Origin: an uncultured Mycoplasmatota bacterium
GTDB taxonomy: Bacteria; Bacillota_I; Bacilli_A; RF39; UBA660
Direction: 5' to 3'
Assembly: GCA_947646095.1 (NCBI GenBank)
Contig: CANSFI010000006.1
Span: 1,162-65,161, forward strand
DNA: 64,000 nucleotides
Part shown: one piece after another, positions 42,113 through 51,647 of the stretch
Position numbering within the stretch: the stretch's first letter is position 1
Layout: every line of letters starts with the position of its first letter
Notes under the pieces: generated by a model
What the model was told of the DNA's origin: nothing
Databases searched by the model: none
The model's input: the letters and a program-made list of their open reading frames with translations, nothing else
Position numbers and translations under genes: made by a program

Positions 42113-43088
42113 TTTCTAATTCCTCCAATTTTTTAGTCATTTTATGCTCTATAATTGAGCCATCACTTTTGTACTCAATTATGTTATGAATTCTACGCAA
42201 AAACGCGTTCCAAACCTCTCTATATTTAAAACTATATTGTAGTTCATAATATTGCTCCTCTAGGGGAACATTTGAGGTTATATAGACATAAGTATAACAA
42301 GCCACTTTATCATTGTATCTAGCTGGTAGCATAAGGGGGTAGATGTCTAAATAGTTAAGCATATCGCCAATAGGTATTTGACTATGGAATTCTTCAAAAA
42401 CAAGCGTATTCATTGTGCTTTTATAAGCGTCAAAATTCACACCTCTACTGCCCGTATAGTTTGTGATACGACATACATTTTTAGCACCATGTCTTTTGTA
42501 TATGTCACGCGTTTTTCCGCACCCTGTATGCCCAAAGACATATGTACAAACGATATTTCGGTTTTCTTTCATGTACTTGTCGGCTAGATATGTTTCCCTT
42601 ATTAGGTCTATATCTCTTATTTTTAAAGCCCATTGTGGACTATTTTCTATTATCTCGATGTTTGACTTCCCATCTTTTATATCTTCTAATAATTGCCCTA
42701 TAACGGGGTCTTTTTCTTGTAATTCCGATGGTATCGTTCCATATTCTACGAAACTTCCCTCGATAGATGTTTCGGCTTTGTCTGTATTTTCAAACTTGCC
42801 CGTTTTTCTCACATAATCAATGTTGTCTTGTATAGTCCCGTAGGCTTTTTCTATGTGGGCTATTTTATTAAAGCGATGTTGTATGGTTGTAAAGCGAATC
42901 GGCGATTTTGAATAAATAAATATATGGATATGAAGTGTTTGAGTTTCGTTGCCAATTTCCTTACACATACAATAGTAGTCAAGAGCGAATTTTTGCAAAG
43001 TTTCTTTTATTACTTCATCCGTAAAGCCGTGTTCTAGTGGATTATTTATCGTTAGAGTCCATTTACGACTTTGGCTATTATCTGCCAT
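42099..43088 (-). CDS. rep: CRESS-virus-like Rep (HUH endonuclease + SF3 helicase)
   Basis: Motif I WTLTINN, motif II LHIH, motif III YVRK, Walker A GHTGCGKT, Walker B FEEF, motif C ITSN, Arg finger LRRI. Confidence 0.92.
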   Translation of the reverse strand: MADNSQSRKWTLTINNPLEHGFTDEVIKETLQKFALDYYCMCKEIGNETQTLHIHIFIYSKSPIRFTTIQHRFNKIAHIEKAYGTIQDNIDYVRKTGKFENTDKAETSIEGSFVEYGTIPSELQEKDPVIGQLLEDIKDGKSNIEIIENSPQWALKIRDIDLIRETYLADKYMKENRNIVCTYVFGHTGCGKTRDIYKRHGAKNVCRITNYTGSRGVNFDAYKSTMNTLVFEEFHSQIPIGDMLNYLDIYPLMLPARYNDKVACYTYVYITSNVPLEEQYYELQYSFKYREVWNAFLRRIHNIIEYKSDGSIIEHKMTKKLEELENEEK

Positions 43089-43128
43089 GTTATCACTCCT
43101 ATTTTTTATAGTTTAGATTATTATTAAA

Positions 43129-43141
43129 TTTTCAAAGAACT
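43129..43141 (-). promoter_or_regulatory. boxA antitermination site
   Basis: AGTTCTTTGAAAA about 40 nt upstream of the rep start. Confidence 0.6.
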
Positions 43142-43214
43142 AATGCGCTAATACATATACTAGTTAATACACGCCCATAAGTGGGGCGAGTGGCGTAGCC
43201 ACTTAAGCCCCCAC

Positions 43215-43263
43215 CATATAAGGGCTAGTATTACCCCTTATATGTAGCATGTAGCATGTAGCA
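43215..43263 (+). other. Rolling-circle origin / nick site with TAGTATTAC nonanucleotide and iterons
   Basis: CATATAAGGG-C-TAGTATTAC-CCCTTATATG stem-loop followed by (TGTAGCA)x3. Confidence 0.85.
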
Positions 43264-43358
43264 ATAATTTTTATAAATTTACCTTAATGTTAATCTTGCT
43301 ACTATTTAAAACAATAGCAAGATATAACAAATCGGTAGTTAATAAGTTAATTAGTAAC

Positions 43359-43649
43359 TTATTTTTTGCTTGTTTCGGTAGAGTCAACGAATTCTACAAA
43401 ACTAACATTTCTATATTTATCATATAGGAATTCTTCTATATCTCTGCCAACAAGACTTTTGATTTCTGCTGTAGTTAACTCTTTACCAAAAGTTTTGGTT
43501 AAGACATTATATCTTACTTTAACTATAGAAACCTTTAGCCCATCGCTTTTATCTTTGTTGTCAAACTCTTCCGCACAATGAAAATTAATATTATGAAATG
43601 GTTTATCTTCATACATGCCAATTTTTTCTTCAATACCTACAATTTTCAT
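43359..43649 (-). CDS. Small beta-rich protein, putative ssDNA-binding protein
   Basis: 96 aa, aromatic/beta pattern, strong AAAGGAGG RBS, located next to origin and rep as is usual for RCR elements. Confidence 0.5.
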   Translation of the reverse strand: MKIVGIEEKIGMYEDKPFHNINFHCAEEFDNKDKSDGLKVSIVKVRYNVLTKTFGKELTTAEIKSLVGRDIEEFLYDKYRNVSFVEFVDSTETSKK

Positions 43650-43830
43650 GGTTTAATTTTTCCTCCTTTCTTAAATTTTGGTTATCAACGCCTCCTTTTC
43701 GCTGACATAATGGTTATAGGCGATTAAATTTTCCTAGTAAAAAAACACCCTTTAAAATAAAAGGTATTTTTTTACATACATAATAAAAAGCCGTATTTTA
43801 GTACGACTTTGTTTAAATATAGAAATATTA

Positions 43831-45087
43831 TTAAACTTTTTTTCTCTTTCTTTTTTTCTTTTGAGTTTGTAAAAAATCTTTTTCTTCTATACCAAATAAT
43901 TCTAAAACTTTGTTACAATAAGCAATAGGGTATCCCTTTAAATTTTCTAAAATAAATGAATATGCCATGTGTGTTTTATCATTTTCTTTTAAATAACACC
44001 CACTTAATCTAATAAGTTTTTCTATTATATTAGTACTTATTTTAAAATATATACCAAATGCTATTAGAGAAACTAAACTTGGGGATGGTTTACTAGATTT
44101 ATAGTTTGTAAAACTGCTACCATCTAATTTTGTTGCCCTACAAAACATTGATTCAGTTATACCTCTATCTTCACAAACCTTTTTGAAAAATTCCCCAAAA
44201 GTAGGATACATTGTACTTTCGTTATAATCATGAAAGAATTTTGTTGAAAGTTCTTTAAAATCTTTTTCTTGTAAATCTTCATAATTTTCATATTGAGAAA
44301 TTTTTTCGCCTTTTACTGATACATCAATGTTTTTCTTACTTTCCTTAATAATCTCTTTTAATAAATTTTTCGTTATTCCATTTTCTATATTATAATATTC
44401 TTCTGACTGACGGAATAAACTATCCTTTAATTCAATATCTTTTTTTATTGCATAAATTCTTTGTCTAGTAGAGCCAAGCATTTTGGCTATTGTAGTAATA
44501 TTATATTCTTTTTTTAAGAGATAGACACTTTTTTCGCCTTTAGTTAAAGTTCTAAAAAATGCTTTATCAATTCTCTCTTTAATTTTCAATTCTTCTTTTG
44601 CTATTAACTGCTCTTCGGGGTTCATAGAATTGTCCGCTATAAAATCTGCCATAGTAGAGTTGCTTTCACTATCAATGGAATTTTCTAGTGAAACTGTTGG
44701 TTGAATTAGTTTTTTTATTTCACTCAATTTTTCTAATGGTATTTGCAATTTCTCGGCAAGTTCATTATCTGTTGGTGTTCGATTTAATTCTTGGGTTAAT
44801 TCATTTTCGGCTCGTTTCACTTCAACTATTTGATTATTTCTATATCTTGAAAAACCTAATAATTGTGCCATACCTTTTTGGACATTGTATTTTATCCACG
44901 GCGTAGCATAAGTTGAAAATTTAACTCCTTTGTTGTTATCAAATTTTTGTTTTGCTTCTAAAACTCCTATATATCCATATTGCTCTAAATCTTCTATATC
45001 TTCTGCTGATAATCCTTTTGGTGAATTCTTTTTAATAATACTTAATACTAAGCCTCTATTTTCTTCTATTAATTTATTGTCCTCCAT
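43831..45087 (-). CDS. Sigma-70 family factor (FliA/SigB-like) with C-terminal XRE-like HTH extension
   Basis: DLEQYGYIGVLEA..KFD..KGVKFSTYA, ELNRTPT, VSLE and region 4 HTH, then FGEFFKKVCEDRGITESMFCRAT... Confidence 0.8.
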   Translation of the reverse strand: MEDNKLIEENRGLVLSIIKKNSPKGLSAEDIEDLEQYGYIGVLEAKQKFDNNKGVKFSTYATPWIKYNVQKGMAQLLGFSRYRNNQIVEVKRAENELTQELNRTPTDNELAEKLQIPLEKLSEIKKLIQPTVSLENSIDSESNSTMADFIADNSMNPEEQLIAKEELKIKERIDKAFFRTLTKGEKSVYLLKKEYNITTIAKMLGSTRQRIYAIKKDIELKDSLFRQSEEYYNIENGITKNLLKEIIKESKKNIDVSVKGEKISQYENYEDLQEKDFKELSTKFFHDYNESTMYPTFGEFFKKVCEDRGITESMFCRATKLDGSSFTNYKSSKPSPSLVSLIAFGIYFKISTNIIEKLIRLSGCYLKENDKTHMAYSFILENLKGYPIAYCNKVLELFGIEEKDFLQTQKKKRKRKKV

Positions 45088-45224
45088 ATAGATACCTCCT
45101 ATTTAATCATAATATGATTATACCATTTTTTAGCCCATGTAATATATAGCAAAGCAAAAAAATAATTTTGGATCATAATTATTTATACCAAAATTATTTT
45201 GTTTATAATATCTACTTAATAATA

Positions 45225-46292
45225 TTAAAAATTATATGGTTTAAAATCAAAATCAAATCCCGTATAAGTCGAATGTTTTATGTTTAAATAGTTGTCTATA
45301 TCTTCTTTTGCTTTTTTTGAAACTTCATTGATTCTAAAAATTCCATTATCAGTTTTAGTTAGTGGAATAATATATCTTCTTTTTCCTTTTACACTAATAC
45401 AATATTTTCCCTCTACTGGAACTTCACTTCCATAAACTGAAGTTGCATTTTGAAATTTCATAAAGTTTTCACTAATATATTTGTCTTCACAATTTATTAT
45501 TTTATCTATTACTTCTTTCTCCGATAAATTATATAAATCATCTATTGTTAAATAGCCTTTAGTATTCATTGATTTAACTATATCAGCTAAAAATTGCATT
45601 ACTGTTCTATCTTTGTCGCTTACCCATTCTGGCCATAATTTTGAAATAATATTTATGTACCTTTCACAAATATCAATATTATTAAATCCTAATTCTTCAA
45701 TTCCATCTTCATTTTTTAAAATAACAACATCATTATAAATTTCCTTTATGCTATCAAGTTCCCAAACTCTGTGAAATACTAGTCCACTTGAAAAAGTATA
45801 TTCAAATCTATCAGCACTTAATTGTGGTGTATCATTGTCAGCAATAGGATAAATATGGTAATCTGACACTTCTTCTACTTTAATACCATCTCTTTTTAAT
45901 AGACTAGTTATTTCTTTTGAATTTCTTATTATTTGTTCTGTTCTTTCTTCTGTCGACTCTTGATGCTCCGAATCGCCATTCATAAAGTCTATACAATGTT
46001 TAAAAGTTGGTGTTGCTATATCATGAAATAAACCTGCTAAAGTTTGTTTTTTATCTTTTGTAAAATGCCATATTATTAAGGCTACACCAACACTATGGTC
46101 TAAATTCGAATACCAATATCTAACATTAAATACTTTTGAGTAGTCGGTTCCACAACTCATACTTGTTCCATCTATTCTTTGCATTTCTGGTGTTTCAATA
46201 TATTCTAACAACCAATCAGGAAATTCCGGAGATAATATATCAAAATATTGTCTTATTTCTTCATTTAAATTTTCTAAATACTTACTACTCAT
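45225..46292 (-). CDS. HD-superfamily phosphohydrolase (dNTPase-like)
   Basis: PEMQRI, DHSVGV, GLFHDI...FKH, SADRFEY; start MSSKY after GGAGG. Confidence 0.8.
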   Translation of the reverse strand: MSSKYLENLNEEIRQYFDILSPEFPDWLLEYIETPEMQRIDGTSMSCGTDYSKVFNVRYWYSNLDHSVGVALIIWHFTKDKKQTLAGLFHDIATPTFKHCIDFMNGDSEHQESTEERTEQIIRNSKEITSLLKRDGIKVEEVSDYHIYPIADNDTPQLSADRFEYTFSSGLVFHRVWELDSIKEIYNDVVILKNEDGIEELGFNNIDICERYINIISKLWPEWVSDKDRTVMQFLADIVKSMNTKGYLTIDDLYNLSEKEVIDKIINCEDKYISENFMKFQNATSVYGSEVPVEGKYCISVKGKRRYIIPLTKTDNGIFRINEVSKKAKEDIDNYLNIKHSTYTGFDFDFKPYNF

Positions 46293-46592
46293 TAAAAAAT
46301 TCCTCCTTAATTTTTTATACATTCTAATTATACCATATTTAATCAAACAAAAACTATAATTATTATGAATTATATTATAAATACTTTTAGCATATCAAGA
46401 CTCTTTATCAAAACTCTTCCAAAAGTAGTAAATTAGTAGTAAAATCATTTTAAATTTTTATATATACGCCTTAAAATAAAGGCTTTTACTCAAAAACTAA
46501 ACTTTTAATAAAAAATTTTATAAAAATGCTACCTAAAATCATAAATATTGCTCATAAAATGATATAATGTTCATATAGATTGAGGCTTTACT

Positions 46593-46961
46593 ATGCTAGA
46601 TAAATCTTTTCAAAAAATAACAAGTAATATTAAGAATGCAATTACTAAAACGCAACTTGAGATTATGACTAACGCAAATAAAAAATTAGTTAATTTGTAT
46701 TATAATATAGGTAAAATATTAGAGGAAAATAGTAGTTGAGGAAATAAATTTATAGATAATGTTGCTATGGAATTGAAACTGTTATTTCCTAATTTAAAAG
46801 GATTTTCAGTTCGTAATTTAAAATATATGAAGGCATTTTATAATGAATATAAAGACGATGAAGAATTTGTGCAACTGGTTGCACAATTACCAATAACAGT
46901 AAAAAGTAGCAGTACCTCTATGAAAAATTTAATAAGGAAGACAAATGTTAGAAGAAATTAA
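46593..46961 (+). pseudogene. YhcG/DUF1016 N-terminal fragment
   Basis: LVNLYYNIG..S*GNKFI..GFSVRNLKYMKAFY..QLVAQLP, then truncated; TGA at the conserved Trp position (46737-46739). Confidence 0.8.
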
Positions 46962-47108
46962 TAATAAAATAGTTGAACAAGACTAGTTAATCAAGCAAGA
47001 AATGATAATGATACATTACAATATAACTAAAAGTAGTTAAATTTAAACCTGAATTTATAAATAAAATTGGATTTATCCCAAACCCTAATGATATGAGGTG
47101 AAATTAGA

Positions 47109-47530
47109 ATGAAAGTAAAAGATATGAAACAAGCAGTAAAATTATTAGAAAATGAGTGGAATTTAGGAGAAAAAAATCTGGAGCACCAAGACATTTATGT
47201 GCATGGATTTATCTAATGGAAATACTTGAAGAAACAGAGCAATTTGTTTATTATAGAGAAAATGGCAAATTATTAGGCTTTTCAAATTATTCAAAATATA
47301 GTTCAAAGAAACATTTATTAAGAAAAAAATTGTTAAAAGAAGTATTTGAATTAGCAAAAAAAGACAATATGGAAAACTTACAAATATTAACAGATGAATC
47401 CTGTAATTGGCAAATATATGAAAAACTTGGTTGTAAAAGAATATACGAAACAATAGTAGAAAATAAAGAATATGACAAATTGGGAAATGTATTAATTGAA
47501 AAAGCATTTATTTATGAAAAAAAGTTATAA
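47109..47530 (+). pseudogene. GNAT acetyltransferase remnant
   Basis: LTDESCNWQIYEKLG C-terminal GNAT motif; frameshift and apparent internal deletion. Confidence 0.6.
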
Positions 47531-47630
47531 ATAAAAACAAATAATGTATTGGTGGTAGAAGAAGCATGAATAATGCAATTGTAAAAGAAATAGAAAAAGT
47601 TGAAAATTTAATCTACGAGGAAGTGATACT

Positions 47631-48593
47631 ATGACAAAATTAGAACAAGATTTACTTCTTGCTCATTCATTAATAGAAGATAAAGAAAAATATGTTGATT
47701 ACTATTGGGAATTTTATAGAATGTGGCCATTTACAACAATTAACATGAAAGAATATTTAAAACCATTTGATTTAAAAAATAAAAATTGTATGACAATTCA
47801 AGGAAGTTCTGATCATATATTTGAACTTTTCTTAAAAAATCCTAAAAAAATAATAGGCATTGATACAAATCCACTAACAAAATACTACTGTTACTTAAAA
47901 ATTGCAGCCTTCAATATATTAGATACTCCTAAAGAATTTCTAAATTTTTTTAAATATTATGATTATCCTAAGACTTTTAAAAAAAATTATAAAGTATTTG
48001 ATAAAGATATTTTTCAAGAAATTTCAAAATACTTAAAAAATGATATTAAAATTTTCTGGGAAGATTTATTTAAGAATTATGAACCAATTAAAATTAGATC
48101 AATGTTATTTAGTTCTGATGAAGATAATACTAAAGCACTTTATCAAGCATTAAATTATTTATCTTTAGAAAACTATGAATATATTAAAAATAATATAAAT
48201 AAAATTGATTTTAGTTTTATAAATTCTGATATTAGAACTTTGCAAAATAAACTTAAAGAAAAACAAGACTTTATTGCTTTATCTAACCTTATTATTTATG
48301 CTCATAAAATGTATCCTGGCAAACCTCTTACTGGCTTTAAACACCTAATAGAAAATTTAGCTAAAATTTTAAATAATAATGGTCAAATTATAGTAGGATA
48401 TTTATATGACATTGAAAACAATGATGATTATAGAGAAGTTTATAAACAAGAATTAAGGAATATTATTTTTAATGAACCTGAATATAGCTATCATTATGTA
48501 AAAAGAATGGAAGATCTACATCTTAACCAAACTTCAACTAATCATGATGCATGTTTAATATATACCGATAAAACTTTATCTAAAAAATACTAA
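47631..48593 (+). CDS. SAM-dependent transferase-like protein (DUF3419/BtaA-like)
   Basis: PFTT.N, TIQGSSDH, GIDTNPL...LK.AA, DFIALSN. Confidence 0.55.
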   Translation: MTKLEQDLLLAHSLIEDKEKYVDYYWEFYRMWPFTTINMKEYLKPFDLKNKNCMTIQGSSDHIFELFLKNPKKIIGIDTNPLTKYYCYLKIAAFNILDTPKEFLNFFKYYDYPKTFKKNYKVFDKDIFQEISKYLKNDIKIFWEDLFKNYEPIKIRSMLFSSDEDNTKALYQALNYLSLENYEYIKNNINKIDFSFINSDIRTLQNKLKEKQDFIALSNLIIYAHKMYPGKPLTGFKHLIENLAKILNNNGQIIVGYLYDIENNDDYREVYKQELRNIIFNEPEYSYHYVKRMEDLHLNQTSTNHDACLIYTDKTLSKKY

Positions 48594-48599
48594 AACTCT

Positions 48600-49157
48600 A
48601 TTTAGTATTTTTTTCAAATAACTATCTACCTACTCTACATAAAGGGCATTTAAAATCTTCTGGTAATCCTTCACCATAATAAATATATCCACATACAATA
48701 CATATTCAATATTTTCCCATTATCTGTTGTTATTTTAAATAATTTATCTTTATTTTCTGATAATAGGAATAACTCATAGGTTCATCTTCACTAAAAATAT
48801 CACTTTCAATTAAACAACCTATAAATAAAGAGTGGGTTTCATTATCAATAAAATCTATTATTTCACAAATCATGTATCCTAAAGAATCATTTATTATATT
48901 TAATCCATCTATAAAAATTGTTTCAACTTGTTTACATTTCTCATAAAATTTAAATTAAATGTTTCAATAATATTAGAATCTACATTTTTAGAAATAACAG
49001 AAATAGCAAATCGATTATTCATTTTCAATAATACGTTTGTATAACTTATTTTCATAACTGAAACAGCTATTAAAGGCTGTTCACTAGAACTAATTTGTGA
49101 ACCAACATCCACTATACATCCTTTACCATCTGTAGTTAAAGTATACACTTCTTGCAT
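48600..49157 (-). pseudogene. Flavin reductase-rubredoxin fusion, disrupted
   Basis: KGCIVD..Q, ETHSLFIG and C-terminal CIVCGYIY...DFKCPLC fragments in different frames. Confidence 0.7.
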
Positions 49158-49192
49158 AATTTTTCGAGTTATTTTTAATTTTTTATATCAAA

Positions 49193-51190
49193 TTAATCTA
49201 AATCATTTGATTTTTCTATTACTTCTTTAATATAAGCATATTTAGAATCTTTATAATAATTGCTTTCTAAAAATTCTAAGCTATCTTCCTTAGCTTTTTT
49301 TAGTATATTGAAATCTTTTTTCATATCAGCTAAACTAAAAGACATATCACCACTTTGTTTTACGCCAAATAAATCTCCACTACCACGAAGTCTAAAATCT
49401 TCCTCACTTATTTTAAAACCATCTGTAGTTTTAGTTAAAACATTTAATCTTTCAGTTTCTTTATTACTAATTAAAATACAATATGATTGCAGATCATTTC
49501 TACCTACTCTTCCCCTAAGTTGATGTAAAGCAGAAAGACCAAATCTAAAAGCATCGAAAATAACCATCATAGTTGCATTAGCAACATCAACACCAACCTC
49601 AATTACAGTTGTACTGATAAGAATTTGAATTTCATTATTTTTAAATTTTTCCATTATTTCATCTTTTTCATTAGAACTCATTTTACCATGCATTACTCCA
49701 ACATTATAATATTTACCAAAAGCTTTATTCATTTTCTCTTCAAGTTTATTAACATTTTCTAAATCTATTTTATCACTCTCTTCAATTAAAGGAGCTATTA
49801 CATATATTTGATGATTACTTTTAAGTTCTATAAGCATTTTACTTAAAACATCAGTAATTTCTTGTTCTTTCCTTAAATAAGTTATAATTTCTTTTCGACC
49901 ATTTGGCATCGTTTTAATGCTAGATATGTCCATATCACCATATAAAGTTAAAGCATAAGTTCTAGGTATTGGAGTTGCACTCATATATAAAATATCAGGA
50001 GTAAGACCTTTATTTTTTAAGTTACCACGCTGATTTACTCCAAATCTATGTTGCTCATCTGTAATAACAAGACCTAAATTATTATATTTAACATCATCTT
50101 GTATTAATGCATGAGTTCCAATAATAATATCTATTTCACCATCTTCTAAAGATTTATATATTTTTTTCTTATCTTTAGCCTTTGTTTTTCCTGTTAAAAG
50201 TTCAATACTAATATCATAATTTTCAAATAACTTTTTAATATTTGAAAAGTGTTGACTGGCAAGAATTTCTGTTGGAGCCATCAGTGCTCCTTGATAACCA
50301 CTTAAATAATTAATATATAGAGATATTATAGCCACAATTGTTTTTCCACTACCAACATCCCCTTGTAAAAGTCTATTCATTCGTATTTTATCTATTAAAT
50401 CATTATAAATATCTTCTACACTTTTTATTTGATCATCAGTTAATTTAAAAGGTAGTTTATCTATAAATTCCAATACCTTAGTATAATTAACATCTCTTTT
50501 CAATCCTATTTTATCATTTTTATTATTTTTAAGGTAATTCATTTTTAACATAAATATAAATAATTCTTCATATTTTAAACAATTTAAAGCTTGTTTAAAT
50601 AATTTATAGTCTTTAGGATTGTGTACAATTCTAACACTTTCTTCTTTTGATAAAAAGTTATATTTTTCATTTAAATATTTTGGAATATAACTAGTTAAGT
50701 TTATATCTTCCTTTAATATTTCTTCTATATATAAATTTAAATGTTTACTGGTAATACCAGATATACTATGATAAACAGGTTCTATTGTTGGAATATCATT
50801 TAATCTTTCAAACCTTAATTCACTAGCTATTACACTATTATGCTTTTTATCATATTTTCCTATTATTGTAATAGTTGTTCCAATACTAAGCTTATTTTTT
50901 AAAAATCCCCTATTAAAAATAGTTACATTTAATAAGTGAGTATTGGTATTTAATCTAAAAGACATCTTGTCTAATTTTTTATTAATATGAAAAACAGTTG
51001 GTTTAGTTTCTACTATACCATCTATAATAATCTTATCATCCTGTTCAAGTTCATATATATTACTTCTTTTATAAATATCATAACGAAATGGAAAATAAGT
51101 TACTAAATCAAAACTATTATTAATACCTAATTTATTTAATAAAGTTAAAGTCTTTGGTCCTACACCTTTTAAATCTGATAATTGTTTCAT
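49193..51190 (-). CDS. recG: ATP-dependent DNA helicase RecG
   Basis: RLLQGDVGSGKT, DEQHRFG, MSATPIPR, QLRGRVGR. Confidence 0.97.
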   Translation of the reverse strand: MKQLSDLKGVGPKTLTLLNKLGINNSFDLVTYFPFRYDIYKRSNIYELEQDDKIIIDGIVETKPTVFHINKKLDKMSFRLNTNTHLLNVTIFNRGFLKNKLSIGTTITIIGKYDKKHNSVIASELRFERLNDIPTIEPVYHSISGITSKHLNLYIEEILKEDINLTSYIPKYLNEKYNFLSKEESVRIVHNPKDYKLFKQALNCLKYEELFIFMLKMNYLKNNKNDKIGLKRDVNYTKVLEFIDKLPFKLTDDQIKSVEDIYNDLIDKIRMNRLLQGDVGSGKTIVAIISLYINYLSGYQGALMAPTEILASQHFSNIKKLFENYDISIELLTGKTKAKDKKKIYKSLEDGEIDIIIGTHALIQDDVKYNNLGLVITDEQHRFGVNQRGNLKNKGLTPDILYMSATPIPRTYALTLYGDMDISSIKTMPNGRKEIITYLRKEQEITDVLSKMLIELKSNHQIYVIAPLIEESDKIDLENVNKLEEKMNKAFGKYYNVGVMHGKMSSNEKDEIMEKFKNNEIQILISTTVIEVGVDVANATMMVIFDAFRFGLSALHQLRGRVGRNDLQSYCILISNKETERLNVLTKTTDGFKISEEDFRLRGSGDLFGVKQSGDMSFSLADMKKDFNILKKAKEDSLEFLESNYYKDSKYAYIKEVIEKSNDLD

Positions 51191-51210
51191 GTTTCACCTA
51201 CTTTAGTTCA

Positions 51211-51239
51211 ATTATAGCGAACTAATGTTTGAAAGTCAA
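51211..51239 (-). promoter_or_regulatory. recG sigma-A promoter
   Basis: TTGACT-17-TATAAT. Confidence 0.7.
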
Positions 51240-51311
51240 TTAACTTTTTAATTTTTTTTAACTTTTTTATTATTTTACTTGACAAATTAATCTTTTTGAA
51301 TTAATATATAC

Positions 51312-51412
51312 AGTACCAATTCGAATTAACGGATTGGCATGCTAGTATCACACTAGCCAACCCCTTTTTATTCTTTTATGGGACAGTTCTCAGGGGGACT
51401 GTTCTTTTTTGT
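51312..51412 (+). ncRNA. Unannotated ~100-nt C-rich sRNA
   Basis: TTGACA-17-TAATAT promoter (51279-51307), two hairpins, unpaired CAACCCC, GU-rich terminator stem plus U-tract. Confidence 0.6.
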
Positions 51413-51647
51413 TTTATTTTAAATATCAATCCATCCTTACTATAATCTATTTTATTATAGGTAGATTATAAGCTATTAATTATTAATCCATATTCATACT
51501 TTCACCTATCTATAATATAGTTTAAAAAAATTTCTAGATTTCCTAGAAATTTTACTATTTTTGATAACTTTATAATTAATCGAGTTTCAAAGCAAAGACT
51601 ATAACTAATAAAATCATTGATAAAAAGGTTAACTTAATTTATTTTAG

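Larger units (their letters stand above)
39245..46515 (-). mobile_element. Integrative element 2: Tn916-type Int/Xis, FtsK/TcpA and CRESS-like Rep
   Basis: Tn916 DR2-like arm repeats AGTAGTAAATT x2 at ~39388-39410 and ~46424-46445; Tn916-like right-end sequence; boundaries approximate. Confidence 0.85.

Noticed and set aside
39245-46515. Element 2 as an integrated ssDNA virus (inovirus or CRESS virus)
   Set aside because: No recognisable capsid or small TM coat genes; the ATPase looks FtsK/TcpA-like rather than Zot-like
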